From the NCBI GenBank assembly GCA_965652295.1, contig CBFGTS010000005.1:160001-224000 (forward strand): a stretch of 64,000 nt of DNA, in the 5' to 3' direction. The position numbers were made by a program, and so were the translations under genes. The notes below the pieces were generated by a model. The model ran no database searches. It was not told the DNA's origin and saw only the letters and a program-made list of their open reading frames with translations. Below are positions 18,128 to 28,600 of this stretch, piece after piece. How positions within the stretch are numbered: position 1 is the stretch's first letter; every line of letters begins with the position of its first letter. Source of the stretch: an uncultured Haloferula sp. Lineage in GTDB: Bacteria; Verrucomicrobiota; Verrucomicrobiia; Verrucomicrobiales; Akkermansiaceae.

Positions 18128-20713
18128 ATGAACAGAATCCATCTTTTCTTAATCCCGGCCGCGCTTTCCACAGTGGTCGATTGCCGTGCCGATCTGATCG
18201 CCCACTACAAGTTCGACGAAAGCAGTGGAGCAACCACCGCCGCAAATGAAGTCGTCGGTTCCTCGACAGGTGTGGTGGGTGCATCGGTCACCACCGGAGT
18301 AGCCGGGATCTCCGGAAGCGCCTACAGCTTCACGGGCAGCTCCACGCAGGACGACATCGTCGACATGGAGAACGCTTCGTTTTTCCCCTCCATTACCTCC
18401 AGCGGCCAATACACGTTTTCAGCTTGGATCAACTCGTCCGAACTCGCTGGCGGCCGCAATGTGGTCGTCTTTGCTGGCGACAGTGCGGATAGCAACAGCT
18501 ACATCGACCTCGGCACTGCGATTGATGAGCTAACCCCCCCTGGCCAAGCCTACATGCGTCACCGTGTCGACACGAACGGTCCAGGTGCGTCCAGTTTCTT
18601 TGGCGGCACCGATGGAGTGGTGGTCGATGGCACATGGCATCACATCGCCATGACGGCGGACACCAGCACGTTGACGATCCGCCTCTACGTGGATGGCGTC
18701 TTCGCAAGCAGCGGTGCCCTCGTTCCCGGTTCCTCCGGGAACTTCCCGATCTTCAACAACTTCGAGATCGGTCGCCTTGGCCGATCCTCCCCTACCGATG
18801 GGTATGAGGGCCTCGTCGACGATGTCCAAGTCTACGACAAAGCGCTTTCCGAGGCCGAAATCTCCTTTCTTTTCAACAACCCGGGTGAAACTTTCTCCGA
18901 AGACGACACGGATTTCGACGGCCTCGCGGATGCTTGGGAGATCCTCTACTTTGGCAACATCGAGGCCTTCTCGGGCGACGATATCGGACCCGATGCGGAC
19001 GGTGCGACCAACTTGCAGGAACAGGCGGCAGGCACCAATCCCACCATTCCGGATACGGATGGGGACGGCCGCACTGATGGTGCTGAACTCAATGTGGCTC
19101 CTCTGACCCATCCTCTGGATCCTGACTCGGACGATGATCAGCTCACAGACGGTGAAGAAGTGGACATCCACGGCACCGATCCAAACAGTGGGGATACCGA
19201 TGCAGACGGACTTCCGGATAAATGGGAACTCGACAACTCTCTGAGCCCATTGAGTGATGTGGGCGACGACGGGGCTTCCGGCGATCCCGACGAAGACGAT
19301 TCGATGAACTCGAACGAGTACAACGACGGAATCGATAGCTCCGATCCCCACGACGCTGACTCCGACGATGACGGCTTGAGCGACGTGCAGGAAGATCGCT
19401 TCGGATCATGGGCAGGTCTGGAATTCACGGGAACCAGTCCAACCAATCCCGACACCGATGGCGACGGCTTCCTCGACGGCGAGGAGAACCCCGATCTCGA
19501 ATACGTCGCGGGCGTCACCCCGGGCACCGATCCCAATATCGCGGACAGTGATCTCGACGGCTTCGGCGACAAGGCGGAGTTTGATTTCGGCAGCGATCCC
19601 ACCGATTTCGAATCCTTCCCCGTGGTGGCCAGGGGGCTGGTGGCCCACTACAAGTTCGACGAAGCCGCCGCTGCCACGACCGCCGTCAATGAACTGGGTA
19701 ACAGCCCGGGGGTCATCGGTACCGCGGTCAACACCGGTGTCACAGGCATGTCTGGCAACGCATACCAGTTCAACGATCTGGCTACTCAAGAGGGCATCGT
19801 GGACATGGGGCTGGCGGAGTTTCTCACCGATATTCTCGCCACCAAGGCGCTGACATTTACCGCCTGGATCAAGTCGACGGATGTCTCCAGCGGGAGAAAC
19901 GTCGTCATCTCCGCTGCCAACAGCGCCGTGGCAAACAGCTATGTGGATATGGGCATCGTCGGCGAAGGCCTCTCGCTTGGCTCACTTCATGGACGCCTCC
20001 GCCCCAACGGCAATGGCAACATCACCGAAAGTTTCAGCAGCGCTGAGCCGAACGCGACTTTCGTGACCGATGACGAATGGCACCACATCGCTCTGACGAT
20101 TGACGTGGAGGCCTCGGCTCTCCGGATTTTCGTGGATGGCCTCCAAGTCGGTGCGGACCGAGCGCTTGTTTTGGCAACGTTGCCGGTATTCAACAACTTC
20201 GAGGTCGGTCGTCTTGGGCGCGCGGTGCCTACGGATGCCTTCGAGGGTCTTGTCGATGATATCCAGGTCTACAATGAAGCATTGAGTCCGGCCCGGATCG
20301 CCTCGCTCTATGCCATGCCGGGCGTGTCGGCGGATGAAGACCGGGACCGGCTGGACGATCAATGGGAGATCACGTTCTTCGGCAGCATCGAAGCCCAGGA
20401 TGGCTCGGGCGATCCGGACGACGACGGCTTTACCAACGAAGAAGAGGAAACCGCGGGGACGTCTCCGGTGCCGGCAACCGCCGCCCTCGAAGTCACCTCC
20501 GTGAATTTCACTCCGGGCGGCGATTTCATCATCCAATTCACCGGCGAACCGGGCACCACCTATCAAATCACCAAATCCGCCGATCTCGACGGATTTGTTC
20601 CCCTCACACCACCCGTCACCGCCACGACGGATGGAGCCGGTCAAGGCGGGGCCACCGTGCCTGCCGCGGAGGCCTCCGAAGACGCGGAATTCTATCGCGT
20701 CGAAAGCCAGTAG
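18128..20713 (+). CDS. Exported protein: LamG, TSP3-like DxDxDG repeats, second LamG, shared C-terminal domain
   Basis: Two (L)xAHYKFDE...DD(V/I)QVY domains separated by many DTDGDG/DSDDDG repeats; ends YQITKSADLDGF...EFYRVESQ. Confidence 0.9.
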   Translation: MNRIHLFLIPAALSTVVDCRADLIAHYKFDESSGATTAANEVVGSSTGVVGASVTTGVAGISGSAYSFTGSSTQDDIVDMENASFFPSITSSGQYTFSAWINSSELAGGRNVVVFAGDSADSNSYIDLGTAIDELTPPGQAYMRHRVDTNGPGASSFFGGTDGVVVDGTWHHIAMTADTSTLTIRLYVDGVFASSGALVPGSSGNFPIFNNFEIGRLGRSSPTDGYEGLVDDVQVYDKALSEAEISFLFNNPGETFSEDDTDFDGLADAWEILYFGNIEAFSGDDIGPDADGATNLQEQAAGTNPTIPDTDGDGRTDGAELNVAPLTHPLDPDSDDDQLTDGEEVDIHGTDPNSGDTDADGLPDKWELDNSLSPLSDVGDDGASGDPDEDDSMNSNEYNDGIDSSDPHDADSDDDGLSDVQEDRFGSWAGLEFTGTSPTNPDTDGDGFLDGEENPDLEYVAGVTPGTDPNIADSDLDGFGDKAEFDFGSDPTDFESFPVVARGLVAHYKFDEAAAATTAVNELGNSPGVIGTAVNTGVTGMSGNAYQFNDLATQEGIVDMGLAEFLTDILATKALTFTAWIKSTDVSSGRNVVISAANSAVANSYVDMGIVGEGLSLGSLHGRLRPNGNGNITESFSSAEPNATFVTDDEWHHIALTIDVEASALRIFVDGLQVGADRALVLATLPVFNNFEVGRLGRAVPTDAFEGLVDDIQVYNEALSPARIASLYAMPGVSADEDRDRLDDQWEITFFGSIEAQDGSGDPDDDGFTNEEEETAGTSPVPATAALEVTSVNFTPGGDFIIQFTGEPGTTYQITKSADLDGFVPLTPPVTATTDGAGQGGATVPAAEASEDAEFYRVESQ

Positions 20714-20822
20714 CGCCTTCCCGCTCCGCGCTCTCACGTCCGGGATTTCTCGTCGACAGCCCCTGGGGTTCTGTCCCGAGGGGTCCCGGGCACTCTTTCC
20801 CACCCGTCTTCCATCATCCTCC

Positions 20823-23800
20823 GTGAATCGACTTTGGGCCCTTCTGCTCTCTCTTGGTCTTGTCTCCGTGCTCCACGCCGCGCCGCCTTCCTCCTCCGGC
20901 TTGGCGCTCCATTTCGATGCCTCGGACATCGATGCCCAGAAAAACACCTCCCTCCTCGACGGCGAAGCGATCACCGTTTGGAAGGACCTTTCAGGAAACC
21001 AGCTCGACCTCGACATGCCGACCGGCACGCCGACCTACATCCAACCCGGTCCGGGATTCGGCGGCCTGCCCGTGGTGCAGTTCAATCCGGTCGACTTCAA
21101 TGGAGCGGACTACCTCAGCAGGGCCGCAGCCCCAATCCATGATTACCCCTTCACCGTGTTCGCCGTCGTGCGCTCCGCCACCACCCGCAACGCGGTCATC
21201 TTCTCCCTGGTCGACGCCCAGAGCCGCGAAAAAATGGCGGGCATCCGCTTCGTCTATGAAGGTAACGGCGAGCCCGGGCGCATCAGCCTCTTCCGCCGCA
21301 ATCCCGTGTGGGTCGAGGCACCCAGCAGCGAGGCTTTCAACGACAATGCGTTCCACATCGTCACCGCCCGATTTGTGAATCCATCGCTCGCGCGACTCTA
21401 CGTCGATGGCCAGTTGAGGGCCACCTCGGAGACTCACATCGCCCTGCCTACCTTCAACCGCTTCGACCTTGGAAACAACGGTCGCAACCAGTCCACCACC
21501 GATCCCTACGAGGGCCAGATCGCCGAGTTGATGGTCTACGACGAGGACCTGGACGGAAGTGAACGGAGAGAAGCGGAGGCCTATCTCTCGGAGAAATGGA
21601 TCACCGGCCGGGCGGGCATCGCCACCACCCACAACGCCGTCGATTTCGGATCGGTCGCCCTCAGTGAACCGCAGAGCCGCGAGATCACGATCACCCACAG
21701 TGGCGCCGAGGACGGCAGCATCACGATCGAAAGCCTCGATCTAGGGTCGCTCGGCGACTTCTCCCTGCGCGCCTACCTCAACGAGGAGGAGCTCGAGCCC
21801 GCCGACCCGACCGCCTATCCCTTCACCCTCTCGCGGGCCTCGGGCGATGAACTCCGTCTGGTGGCGACGATCACGCCGACTGCGGGCGAGCTCGATTACC
21901 ACGGTTCGCTCCGGATTTTGAGCAACGCGGAGAACCAACCTGATCTCGCCATCCCCCTCACCGCCCGCCTGCGGAACCGCGTTGGTGTGACGGACTACGA
22001 GAATCATCGTAGCGAGGGAAACCGGATCCATTTCGATCTCCAGGGAAATGCCGAAGTGTGCCTTACGCTGAATACGGCGGCCATGGCCCGGATTCAATAC
22101 GCTCCCGACGGGGAATTCCGATCGGACGATTCCCCCGACTATTTCATGGTCCGGAAATTCGCGTGGGACCCGGTCACCTACAGCATCCAGGACCATGGTT
22201 CCTATCTCGGGATCCACACCTCCGCCATGACCGTCCGGGTGCAGAAGAGCCCGTTCCGTATCCAGCTTTACGACCCCTCGAATACCATTCTGATCGTCAA
22301 GGATTCGGACGAGGAAGGGATGTACGCGGAGCAGGGGCAGCGGGGAGTGGTCCGGGTGGAGAACGACGGTGAACATGCCCGTTTCGGTTTCGGTAGCGGC
22401 GATCACGGGCATTCGCGTCCGCTCGACAAACGGGCGGGCTATGACCAGTTCACGGTCACCCACGGTCGCACCTGCGTTCCCTTTTTCATGAGTATGGCCG
22501 GTTACGGCGTGTTTCTGAATACGGTCGAGAAAGACACGGCGTTCGATGACTCGGGAGGATTCAGGACGACGGGATTTCTCGATTACTGGTTCATGGTCGG
22601 GGATTTCAAAAAGGTGCTCGGTCTCTACAGCGAGCTGACCGGGCGGATGAACCTGTTTCCCAAATGGGGCTACGGCTTCATGCTCTCGAAGTATGGGAAC
22701 GACAACGCCACCCAGGCCGAATTTCTGGAATGGATCCACCGTTTGCGTGACGAGGGCTATCCCACTGACTCGTACGTCTTCGATTATGGCTGGCGCGGCG
22801 CGAAGTTCGATCCGCACCGCTGGAATGCGCAGCGTTACCCTGATATCAGCGCGATGTTCGCGGAGGCGCGGCAGCTGGGTTTCCACATCGGACTTCACAA
22901 CAACAAGGGCACGCCCGAAGCAGGCAATGGCAATTTCGCTGATCCGGGCGTCGCCGAGAATTGGTGGCGCGCTCACTGGGATAACGTGATCGAACCCGGC
23001 CATGGCGATTGGTTCTGGCCGGATGAGTTCGACGTCGCCGGCGATAACCTGATGGCGAACCGCGCTGCCAAGATTGTTCATGAGCGGTGGCTTGAGGCGA
23101 CGACGGACCAGCGTCCGATGTTCCTGACCCGCGGCGGCTTCGCCAACCACCATTTTTCCTCAACATGGTCCGGCGACATCCCGAATACGATTGCCGAGAT
23201 GAGCGAGCAGATCACGGGGGCCCTTGCGCTCGGCATGTCCGGTTACCCGTGGTCTTCCAACGACCTCGGCGGCTTCTTTGCGAAACCCTCGGACGAGCTC
23301 TACATCCGATGGGTGGCCCAGTTCGGTGCGTTCAGCGGACTCATGCGTGCTCACGGCCACGATGGCCGGGAGCCTTGGCTGTATGGCGAACGCGCCCAAG
23401 AGAATCTCCGCCGTTACCTGAAGATCCGCTACCGGCTTTTCCCCTACATCTACACCACTGCATGGCAGGGTGCCCGGCACGGCATCCCGATGATGCGAGC
23501 AATGGCGATCGAGCATCCTGCCGATCCGGAAGCATGGACAAAGGACAGCCAATATTATTTCGGCGATTGGCTGCTCGTCGCTCCCGCCCTTTCCACCCAG
23601 GACACCCAGGTTTCCGTCTGGCTTCCTGAAGGAACCTGGTATGACTTCTTCGACCCGAGTGTAAGCCACGAAGGCGGCCGGACCATCACTGTCAGCGCGA
23701 CCCTGGATCAGATTCCGGTATTTGTGAAAGCGGGAGCGATCATTCCGAGCGGACCGGACGTCTCCCATGCGGATGCGAAGCCCCTGAACCCTCTGACTCT

Positions 23801-24569
23801 AGACCTGTATCCCGGTGTCCACGCCACCTCTTACCGCCTCTACGAAGACGACGGTATCACTCGGGCCCATTTGCTTCAGGACGCGTACAGTTTTACGAAC
23901 TTCACGGCACATCGTCCTCAGAAAAACACCCTTCGATTCACCAAGGGGACAACTGAAAATGGAAATCCGGCGGTGTTCTCTCCTGCCCTTCCACGAGGCA
24001 CCGTCATACGTGCCCACCAGTGGAGCGAGGAACCACGCATGGTGTTGATCGGCAGCAACCTGGTTCCCCGGTCGGAATCCCTCACGTCTCTGGAGAATCA
24101 GAATAGCGGGTGGTTTTGGACCCGGGAGAGCGAGCAACTCATCATCCGCTTCACCGACGATGGCTTCGAGCATCGGATCGTCGCCAGCGCGACCCTTCTC
24201 GACAGCGATGGCGACGGGTTGAATGATCTCCGCGAGGCGGAGATCGGAACGGACGTCTATCAAGCCGACACCGACGGCGATGGCCAGAGCGATCTCATGG
24301 AGGTTTCGTTCGGTATTTCACCCGTGGACTCGTCGTCCCGCGTCTCCGTGTCCGGCAGCGTCATTTCCGATGATCCGTCCCAGTTCCAGGTCACTTGGCC
24401 GAGTGCCCCGGGAACCCTCTATCTTGTGGAAAAATGGCAGGAAGTCGCTCGGGCATGGCAAACGATCGCGGAGTTGCTCGCCACCACCAGCACTTCCCAT
24501 TTCAGCTGGCCGATGACCGAATCAAAAGTGATTCTCAGAATCCGCTCGGACGCAACCCATCAGGAATAG
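20823..24569 (+). CDS. Multidomain GH31 glycosidase (LamG, Ig-like, GH31, DUF5110-like, shared C-terminal domain)
   Basis: GTG start VNRLWALLLSLGLVSVLHA. ELTGR...PKWGYG, WFWPDEFD, WSGD, DLGGF, WLPEGTWYDF, IPVFVKAGAIIP and LYEDDG; DSDGDGLND near the C-terminus. Confidence 0.9.
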   Translation: MNRLWALLLSLGLVSVLHAAPPSSSGLALHFDASDIDAQKNTSLLDGEAITVWKDLSGNQLDLDMPTGTPTYIQPGPGFGGLPVVQFNPVDFNGADYLSRAAAPIHDYPFTVFAVVRSATTRNAVIFSLVDAQSREKMAGIRFVYEGNGEPGRISLFRRNPVWVEAPSSEAFNDNAFHIVTARFVNPSLARLYVDGQLRATSETHIALPTFNRFDLGNNGRNQSTTDPYEGQIAELMVYDEDLDGSERREAEAYLSEKWITGRAGIATTHNAVDFGSVALSEPQSREITITHSGAEDGSITIESLDLGSLGDFSLRAYLNEEELEPADPTAYPFTLSRASGDELRLVATITPTAGELDYHGSLRILSNAENQPDLAIPLTARLRNRVGVTDYENHRSEGNRIHFDLQGNAEVCLTLNTAAMARIQYAPDGEFRSDDSPDYFMVRKFAWDPVTYSIQDHGSYLGIHTSAMTVRVQKSPFRIQLYDPSNTILIVKDSDEEGMYAEQGQRGVVRVENDGEHARFGFGSGDHGHSRPLDKRAGYDQFTVTHGRTCVPFFMSMAGYGVFLNTVEKDTAFDDSGGFRTTGFLDYWFMVGDFKKVLGLYSELTGRMNLFPKWGYGFMLSKYGNDNATQAEFLEWIHRLRDEGYPTDSYVFDYGWRGAKFDPHRWNAQRYPDISAMFAEARQLGFHIGLHNNKGTPEAGNGNFADPGVAENWWRAHWDNVIEPGHGDWFWPDEFDVAGDNLMANRAAKIVHERWLEATTDQRPMFLTRGGFANHHFSSTWSGDIPNTIAEMSEQITGALALGMSGYPWSSNDLGGFFAKPSDELYIRWVAQFGAFSGLMRAHGHDGREPWLYGERAQENLRRYLKIRYRLFPYIYTTAWQGARHGIPMMRAMAIEHPADPEAWTKDSQYYFGDWLLVAPALSTQDTQVSVWLPEGTWYDFFDPSVSHEGGRTITVSATLDQIPVFVKAGAIIPSGPDVSHADAKPLNPLTLDLYPGVHATSYRLYEDDGITRAHLLQDAYSFTNFTAHRPQKNTLRFTKGTTENGNPAVFSPALPRGTVIRAHQWSEEPRMVLIGSNLVPRSESLTSLENQNSGWFWTRESEQLIIRFTDDGFEHRIVASATLLDSDGDGLNDLREAEIGTDVYQADTDGDGQSDLMEVSFGISPVDSSSRVSVSGSVISDDPSQFQVTWPSAPGTLYLVEKWQEVARAWQTIAELLATTSTSHFSWPMTESKVILRIRSDATHQE

Positions 24570-24772
24570 CAGCGGATTTCACGATGTCGTGGAAAGGGCC
24601 GGACGACGAATTGCCCCCACCTCCGTCTTCATGCTTGTCCTGGTTCCGGATTCTTTGTTATTCTGAGATCTTCGCATTCCGAACGTATCGATAGAACCAC
24701 CTGTTTCTTCTCCGCAATCCCGGCCACCGGGGTTTTCCGTCCATCCTTGAAAAGGGAGTCTTTTTGTCCGTT

Positions 24773-25351
24773 ATGAAAACACTACTTCTGACCTCGATCC
24801 TCACCGTTTTTGCAGCCTGGGCTCCGGCACAAGCGGCGACCATCCTGTTCTCGCTCGAAGGAAGTGCCGGCTCCGGTCTTCTGCCGGGCAATGAAACCGG
24901 AATCCTCAACGGGACACCCGGAAGCGGCGGCGTCGTCGGCTCGGGCATTTCGTTCGATGATCTGACGATGACGCTCTCGATCGACATCGGCTGGGGCTCC
25001 GGCAACGGCTTCACCGATTTGACCGGGGTGGCAACCGCCGGGCACATCCACGGCCCCACTGCCAGCGGCGGCACCGCGGCGTTCGTTGAGAATGCCGGGC
25101 CGCTCCTCTTCCTCAGCACCGAGTCCGGCTGGGACGCCAGCGCGAGCAGCGGTGGTTTTCAAGGTGACTTCACGCTCACCGCCGGCCAAGCGATCGACCT
25201 GATGGACGGAAAGTTGTATATCAATGTCCACACCGCAACCAACGGTGGCGGCGAGATCCGTGGAAACCTCGTGGTGGTTCCCGAGCCGAGCTCATCTTTT
25301 TTGATCGCCGCAGCCCTCGGCACGGTTTGCCGCCGCCGCCGCCGACATTGA
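24773..25351 (+). CDS. CHRD-domain PEP-CTERM protein
   Basis: Signal peptide; AGHIHGP...LYINVHTATNGGGEIRGNL; VPEPSSSFLIAAALGTVCRRRRRH. Confidence 0.9.
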   Translation: MKTLLLTSILTVFAAWAPAQAATILFSLEGSAGSGLLPGNETGILNGTPGSGGVVGSGISFDDLTMTLSIDIGWGSGNGFTDLTGVATAGHIHGPTASGGTAAFVENAGPLLFLSTESGWDASASSGGFQGDFTLTAGQAIDLMDGKLYINVHTATNGGGEIRGNLVVVPEPSSSFLIAAALGTVCRRRRRH

Positions 25352-25369
25352 TCGATGAGAAACCGGGGT

Positions 25370-25625
25370 GCCAGACGACTTTGCTGACGAAGGCGACCTG
25401 CCGGTGGGAATCGCCGAAGTGCACGCGTTCGAGGTGGAGCCGCAACTTCTTCCCTCGCACGTCGATGTCGCGCTGATACCAAGCCGGACCCGATATGGTG
25501 GCGCGGCGGGGTGAGGAAGAATGGCATCTTGAAATTCTCGTCCGTCTGCCATTAGCCGGGTCCCGCTGTTTTTCTCCGAATCCCTGGGCGGCCAGCAAGG
25601 CGAATCCGAGGAGCAGTGGTTTCAT
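25370..25625 (-). pseudogene. Decayed GH2 glycosidase N-terminal remnant
   Basis: ATGA-coupled to the DUF5107 gene. Signal MKPLLLGFALLAAQG, then in another frame WQTDENFKMPFFLTPPRHHIG, then back in frame GPAWYQRDIDV.GKKLRLHLERVH. No catalytic domain follows. Confidence 0.7.
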
Positions 25626-28600
25626 GCGGATGGGGTGACTTGAAGTTGGCTTTGGAGTTCGACAGCGCGGGGTTCGGCGGCGTCGAAGGCGAGGACCTTG
25701 TCGATCGCCGCGGCGGCTTGGTCGAGCCGGCCGAGCCCGTGACACGCGAGCGCGATGAGCAGTTGGGCGCCGGCATCGCGGCGGGCCTGGAGGTCTTCAT
25801 CGAAAACCAACAGGTTCGGCAGGCTGGTGGCGAAGTAGTCGATCTTCGCAGGCTCGGCGAGCATGGCGCGGGCGTGGTCGATCATATCGCGGAACACCTC
25901 GTCGCCATCCTCATTCCGGCCAAGGGCTTTGAGCGAGAGGCCGCGGAAATACGACAGGGGCGAGTGCGCGGAGACCGCCATGTTGGTGAAATCGCCGTCC
26001 TCGGATGCGGATGCCTCGAATGCGGCGTCCGCTTCGGAAACGCGACCGAGTTTCCTCAAACTACTGCCAATCCAGTAGTTCACATCGGCCTTCGCCTGGA
26101 GCGGGTGGTAGGCCTCGCCGAGCGATTCGGGAGTGTCCGTCGCAAGCAGGAACTCGCGGTGGGCCGCGGCGGCGTCACCCCGCTCGAGGGCCTCGCGGCC
26201 GAGGGCGATGCGTGCCGCGGTGTATTGGCGGAGCACCGTGCCTTCGCCGCCCTCCCACGGGTGGAAACGCCGCGAGAGCAGCAAGTCGAGGGCTTGCCGG
26301 TGTTGGCCGGTTAGATTGAGGAGCGCGGCAAGCTCGACAGTGGCGTCGTCGCGTTGAAGCACCAGTTCGCGGTGAGTGGATAGAAACGCCAGCCGCTCCT
26401 CGGGCGGGCGGTTCTGTTTTTTGGCAAGTTGATCGGCCTCGACGACGAGCCGGGCGTCGCCGGGATCAAGCTCCATCGCCTTGGCATAACAAGCCGCCGC
26501 GCGTTCGGCATCGCGGGCATGGTTCCAGAGGGCGATGCCGAGGTTTCGGTGGACCTGGGAGATGGTCGTGCCGGCCCGGGCCGCGGTTTCCCAAGCGGCG
26601 ATCGCGTCGGTGTGGCGGCGGCGATCGAACAACAGATTGCCCAGGCCATACGCCGCCAGCGGGTCCGCGCCAGGCTGGGCTAGCGCCCATTCGAGCACGA
26701 GCATCTCGCCGAGGCGGGAGGGAAAGAAATGATCCGCCTTACAGGCGTGGGCGGTTGCGAGATCGGAGGGATCGCCTGATAGATGGGCCCGGAGGTAACG
26801 CGTCATCGGGCTGCGGGAGAGCGGATTGGGCACTGCGGTCGGCTCGACGGGGGCGTCGTGGTGGGCGTCGAGCAGGGGGAGCGCTTCGTCGGTGAAGCCG
26901 GCTTCGACGAAGTCAAAGACGAGGTCGAGGATGGTCTGGGCGTCGTTGCGGCAGGCGGCGGGAATGCGGATCTCGGCATGGCGGATGAAATCCGCCGCCA
27001 CGGTGGCCCAATGGTCGAGCGGGTCGCTGGCGAGGAGTGCGTCGAGGATGGCGAGCGCCTCGTCCTTCCGCCCGAGGCGGTGGAGGGCGAGGGCCTTGAG
27101 GATTTTCGCCTTGTTGTGGTCGCGGTTGGTGGCGAGCGATTCGTCGAGATGATGGAGGGCGCGGTTGAAATCCCGGCGGCGGCAGGCGATGGCGGCGAGT
27201 TGGTAATGGGAACTACTGCGCCATTCGTAGTTCCACGCGGCCTTGGCCAGGAGCGATTCGGCGGTAGCGTCTTCGCCGAGGAAGCGGAGAGTCAGACCGA
27301 GGAAATAGTGCGCCTCGCCGGTGACGGGATTCGGATGGCGGGAGGTAAGGCGGGCGATGGCGGTCTTGAGAAAAGCCCGGGCTTCGGCGAGTCGGCCGCG
27401 GGAGAGATGGCGTTTGCCGAGGGCGAGATTGGCGCGGGCGTCGAGCGGGTCGATTTCGAGACAGCGACGGAGGTAGGGTTCCGGATCGCGGGTCGGGTGG
27501 CGGTATTGTTCGAGGTGCTCGGCGATGAAGTAGAGTTCGTCGGCGGAATCGATCTCCTTCGCGGCGGGCGGTTCGATCGCCTGGGCGCGGTCGCGAGTGA
27601 GGGTGGAAACATCGACCGGGCGGTAGTCGAGAACCAGAGTGCCATGGGTATCGCGCAGTTCCGCGAGGAGCTCGGCGGGATTCTCGCCGTCGAAGCGCAG
27701 CGACTCATCGGTCCAGGCCGCACCGGGTTTCAGGGCGATGTCGAAGCGACCGAGAACGCCGCGGTTTCCGGAGATGACGAGCGTGCCCTCGAAGGATTCG
27801 GAAACATTAAGACCGAGGATGATCGTGCGGTCGTCGCGAATGCTGAGGGCGATCGCCGCGCGGGTGTTTGCCTGCTGGACCGGGCCGATGTCGCGGATGG
27901 GCCACCAGAATTGCGAGAAGGTTTTGGTTTCGTAGGGGAGGAGGTAGGTGAAGTCGGGTTGGTTGTCGGTATAAACGCCGGCCATCAGTTCGACGTAGGG
28001 GCCGTTGGTATCGGTGAGTTCGCGGTCCCAGGTCCGACCGAAGGGGTGATTTCCCCAGGTCCATTGCTTTTTGCCGGGGGCGATGTGGCGGTCGGCGACA
28101 TGGACGAAGCCGCCGTTTGCCGCGAAATCATAGCCGCCGAAGAAATCGAAGCCGGTCTGGCAGACCATGTAGCTGGTGGGCACCGGGATGTTTTTGTACC
28201 AACTCAGGTCGTTGGCTCCGGGGCGGTTCTGATAGTCGATGCCGTAGTAGGGGTTGTTCGCGACGGGAAACGACGACAGCGCGCGCACCGCGTGGTCGGC
28301 GACGTAGTGGACGTCGGGCGGAAAGAACGATTGGTAGCGGTCGTGCACCATGGCGGCAACGTTCGCCCACCACAGGAAGGTGCGGGTGAAAGGCGTGCGG
28401 TTGTAGAGCCGGGCGCGCAGTTCGATGAGCGACGAGCGGGGTCGCAGGCGGATCCCGTGCATCCCCTTCATGCGGTCAAGCGGGTCGTGCTCGGACATCC
28501 AGATCGTCGCGGCTCCGTCCGCTTCGCGTTCGATGTGGACATCCGTCGGCATGAACGTCCCCGGCCGGTGGTGTTGCGGCCAGTTGAACTCGACGCCGCC

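Noticed and set aside
18900..19620. Repetitive GAC/GAT-rich DNA, also at 9040-9420
   Set aside because: Encodes DxDxDG protein repeats. It is not a CRISPR array or DNA-level tandem repeat, and no repeat-spacer structure or cas genes were seen anywhere.
24585..24610. TGTCGT-N16-CGAA upstream of the CHRD PEP-CTERM gene
   Set aside because: Mismatches in both boxes of the TGTCGG motif; too weak to count as a sixth copy.
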